Source of the DNA: Neodothiora populina
Taxonomy: Eukaryota
Reading direction: 5' to 3'
DNA length: 64,000 bases
Assembly (NCBI RefSeq): GCF_041146345.1
Contig: NW_027191406.1
Coordinates: 248,001 to 312,000 of the forward strand
In this document: positions 61,338 through 64,000 of the stretch, piece after piece
How the letters are laid out: every line of letters starts with the position of its first letter
Position numbering within the stretch: position 1 is the stretch's first letter
Position numbers and translations under genes: made by a program
Notes under the pieces: generated by a model
What the model was told of the DNA's origin: nothing
Seen by the model: only the letters and a program-made list of their open reading frames with translations
Database searches by the model: none

Positions 61338-61862
61338 TCAAAACTCACCATAATCTCAGTCGCCAGCTGTTCGAACGTCACCTCCCCTGTGGCAGCGTAC
61401 TCATGGATCCAGCTCTTCGCTGCATCAATGGCCTCTGTGACTAGGGATGCATTCTCCGGTTTCGATAGCTCGCCATAGGCGATCGCCTACGTTACGTTTC
61501 CAGGTTCAAGTCAGTCGGTGTTTCCTGTCTTGACTAACATCCAGCCCTTTTGTGTCCCTCTCTCCCCTTCTGCATTGCTCCACTTGTGGTCTTGGAAGTT
61601 TGGAACCGATACGGAAAAGTGTACTCGACAACCAGAAACGAGAAACAAAATGTACCTGGTTCGAAGTGCAGTCTACGAAAGGGCCCAGAATCCGCGCGAC
61701 TACACATGGCAAAGACACGGACAGATCAGCCTTCTTGATCTCAATCTCTGCTCTAAGGCCCCATTCTGTAGCCAATTTTATCTTACCTTCAGGATCCAGC
61801 GTGTCACAGTCTACTTGACTCTTCGAGCGCAGAACATCGAGCAGGGTCTTGGCAGTCGACAT
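60348..61862 (-). CDS. Divergent transaldolase-family protein, multi-exon
   Basis: LLDVLRSKSQVDCDTLD; FVDCTSNQ; VHVQTNP; Schiff-base Lys in RICIKIPSTYEG; TLATTLFS; YIAPYVN; LPASL; ITVSPPLLAEL. Confidence 0.85.
61301..61336. repeat. (CAT)12 microsatellite in a transaldolase-like gene intron
   Basis: catcatcat run, read directly. Confidence 0.9.
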
Positions 61863-62505
61863 TGCCATTGATATATTGGACAGTGGTGGGTGGCAATCGA
61901 ATGTACGAGGCACAAGTTGGCGTGTCACTTGGTCACAATCTACCCGTATGGTCGCTGAATACACATACATATATCGAGCTGACGATCTTATGTAAGATGC
62001 CTAGCACGAGAAGGTGACTGTTAACCTCGTGCTGTAGTACCTTTCGTCGGGGTACCTTCCCCAAGCTCGGCTAAAGCACTTAAGCTCTCGCTTGAGCCTC
62101 ATTGGGACGGGGTACTGGGGAAAGTCGAGCGAGCGTGAACACTATGGTACTTGCTTGCGTTGAAAGTTTGTCCTAGCGCAGATGTATCTAGATTTTGTCC
62201 GTGGCAATCCTGCAGTCTGCATACCGCATCAGAGCACTCTTACTCAGGTGTTGGAGACATTGTATTTCTCGGCCAAATTGCAAATTGCATAGGATCTATC
62301 CAATTGCCTCGCCAGGCCTTGTTTGTTGTGCATCACCTTCCCAAGAAGCTCATTTGAAAATGCTGCTTAATTAACCAAACCAGTGCCATGTCAAGCAAAG
62401 AGCATGCTCGCTCAGTCGATGATGTGGTGACAGCCGGACACATGTTACGCAAAATAAGAATGGCGAAACCTAGCGAATACGCATCGAGCTTGTCACCGGA
62501 CTGTC

Positions 62506-64000
62506 CTACGGCCTGTAGATCCGCACTTTTTGTTTGATCCGTTTCCGACAAGCTGGGCAATTCGCGGGCATGCGAGGTCGCGTCCGGTCATGTTGCATAA
62601 CCGGACTGTGTTGCTCGCTGCACCAAGAGCACATGACTAGATGGCCACAAGGTAGGCATGCTATGTCGGCAGTTTGTGTATAACAGATTTTGCAGTCCAG
62701 CTTGACAGTCATGTCCTCGTCGTCTTGTGGCTCGGGACGTCCCGAGTCCTCTGTGTCGAGACCCAGAGTGAGTGGCTCCTCGTCGTCTTCTGCTTCATCC
62801 GGCCCAGCGTAATCAAATGGCGGTGACGAGGAATTGGCAGAACCAAGACGTCGGTAGAAATCGATGATACTACGTGGTGCACTTCCCTCCAGGACTTGTG
62901 CTGTCCCGTTCTCTCGCATTCTAGCAATGATTGCTGTGCGTTCTGGCTCGGGGGTAGTACGGAGGAGATGCTCCAGGTGGTTCGGTGGCCGCGGTATGTC
63001 CAGCGAGTCGGTTGTCTCTATTCTGTTTGCGTCTTCAGCAGCCCCAGCGGGTGAGGCAGGCTGCGTCCAGTCCTGTAGACGAAGCATGGTGAAATATTCG
63101 TTCAAGTGGTCTTCATATGTCGAATTCGCCCCTGGTACGAGCTCTCCATTGATTGAAGTAAGCTGCTCCTGATCCTGCGTGGGTACAAGGTTACGCTCTT
63201 CACGTCTGACTTCCTCGGCCACTCTGAATCGATCCCATGCTCTAGAGAACATGCCTGCGATCGGACTAACATATTCGGAACCCTGGTTCTCCATGTCATC
63301 ACGAGCGCCAAACACGCGGCGATAATTCTCCGCCGTGCGCTGCTCGCGACGAAGCTGGGAGACTTGAGCTCGATGATCAGCCAGATCTAGATCAGCAACG
63401 TTCAGTAAATCCGAAGCCTCGTCTCGGTTGTGGCGAGCCTCGTTGTAAGCGTGCTGCGCAGTGACAAACTCCTCGGACACCTGGTCTCGATAGCGCTGAG
63501 CCTGTTCCAGGTGGGTCTGTGCCACATCGAGCCGTTGTTGTGCGTCTGTCAAAAATCGATCCCGATATACGCCACCAACAGGAGGCGCAGGAGTGTCTCG
63601 GACGGCTACATCTCCTTCGGAAGGCTCGGCGCCTTCCATATCGTCTAGTGTTCTGCCCAAGCTAACCAGCCTTCCTGTAGCCTCGGTCGGATCAGGCACA
63701 AGCTCGCCCAGGTCCCTCAACCCAGAAATAACACGCTCGATTCCATTGCGCATGCGATGCAGCTCTCTGCGTAAAGCTGTGATACGGCGATTCTGGTATT
63801 CTCTGTTGCGGGAACCCGTGAATTGCATGGCCTGTCCTGCGATCCTCATAGCTTGGGCTCTGGACGGTGGAGCTATGAGCGACCTTGAGGTGTCCGGCGA
63901 CGACGAGACCTCCTCTGCGGCGGCATCCTCAAACATTTGGTCTAGTTCAGCATCTAGTGATGGACCAGTCTCTGCGGCGACGCTCGGTAGATCTATGTGT
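62506..64000 (-). CDS. C-terminal RING-HC (zf-C3HC4_3 type) protein with coiled coils; 5' end outside the window
   Basis: CKICYTQTADIACLPCGHLVMCSWC...CPACRKRIKQKVRIY; the ORF is open to the window edge. Confidence 0.85.
   Translation of the reverse strand, partial: HIDLPSVAAETGPSLDAELDQMFEDAAAEEVSSSPDTSRSLIAPPSRAQAMRIAGQAMQFTGSRNREYQNRRITALRRELHRMRNGIERVISGLRDLGELVPDPTEATGRLVSLGRTLDDMEGAEPSEGDVAVRDTPAPPVGGVYRDRFLTDAQQRLDVAQTHLEQAQRYRDQVSEEFVTAQHAYNEARHNRDEASDLLNVADLDLADHRAQVSQLRREQRTAENYRRVFGARDDMENQGSEYVSPIAGMFSRAWDRFRVAEEVRREERNLVPTQDQEQLTSINGELVPGANSTYEDHLNEYFTMLRLQDWTQPASPAGAAEDANRIETTDSLDIPRPPNHLEHLLRTTPEPERTAIIARMRENGTAQVLEGSAPRSIIDFYRRLGSANSSSPPFDYAGPDEAEDDEEPLTLGLDTEDSGRPEPQDDEDMTVKLDCKICYTQTADIACLPCGHLVMCSWCSEQHSPVMQHDRTRPRMPANCPACRKRIKQKVRIYRP

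Overview
Gene-dense, intron-containing genomic DNA from a filamentous ascomycete (Pezizomycotina; Dothideomycete-like is inferred from gene and intron style). I can support 23 protein-coding genes, mostly housekeeping: VPS34 (partial), KU70, DGAT1/ARE-type MBOAT, PFS2, MGST3-like MAPEG, PSY2/PP4R3, an orphan disordered protein, an SLC35F transporter, a NiCoT nickel permease, CEM1, an Ecl1-family Zn protein, CEG1, a conserved protein with a degenerate retropepsin-like domain, UBP12, a CBM48 protein, an INO80F/Nhp10-N-like protein, a CLC channel, an IAH1-like SGNH esterase, RMD1, PIK1, a divergent transaldolase-like protein and a partial RING protein. There is also one intron-containing tRNA-Lys(CTT). 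No transposon, CRISPR array or secondary-metabolite cluster is evident. The four best leads are: (1) an unannotated ~290-nt highly structured element with Pol III A/B-box-like motifs at ~46.57-46.87 kb; (2) a probable ACG-initiated, NLS-bearing N-terminal extension of UBP12; (3) a tail-anchored CBM48 protein with repeated PLFRHES motifs, a candidate membrane glycogen receptor; (4) a catalytically dead retropepsin-like domain next to UBP12. Exon boundaries were read by eye and are approximate; family assignments come from recognised motifs, not database searches.
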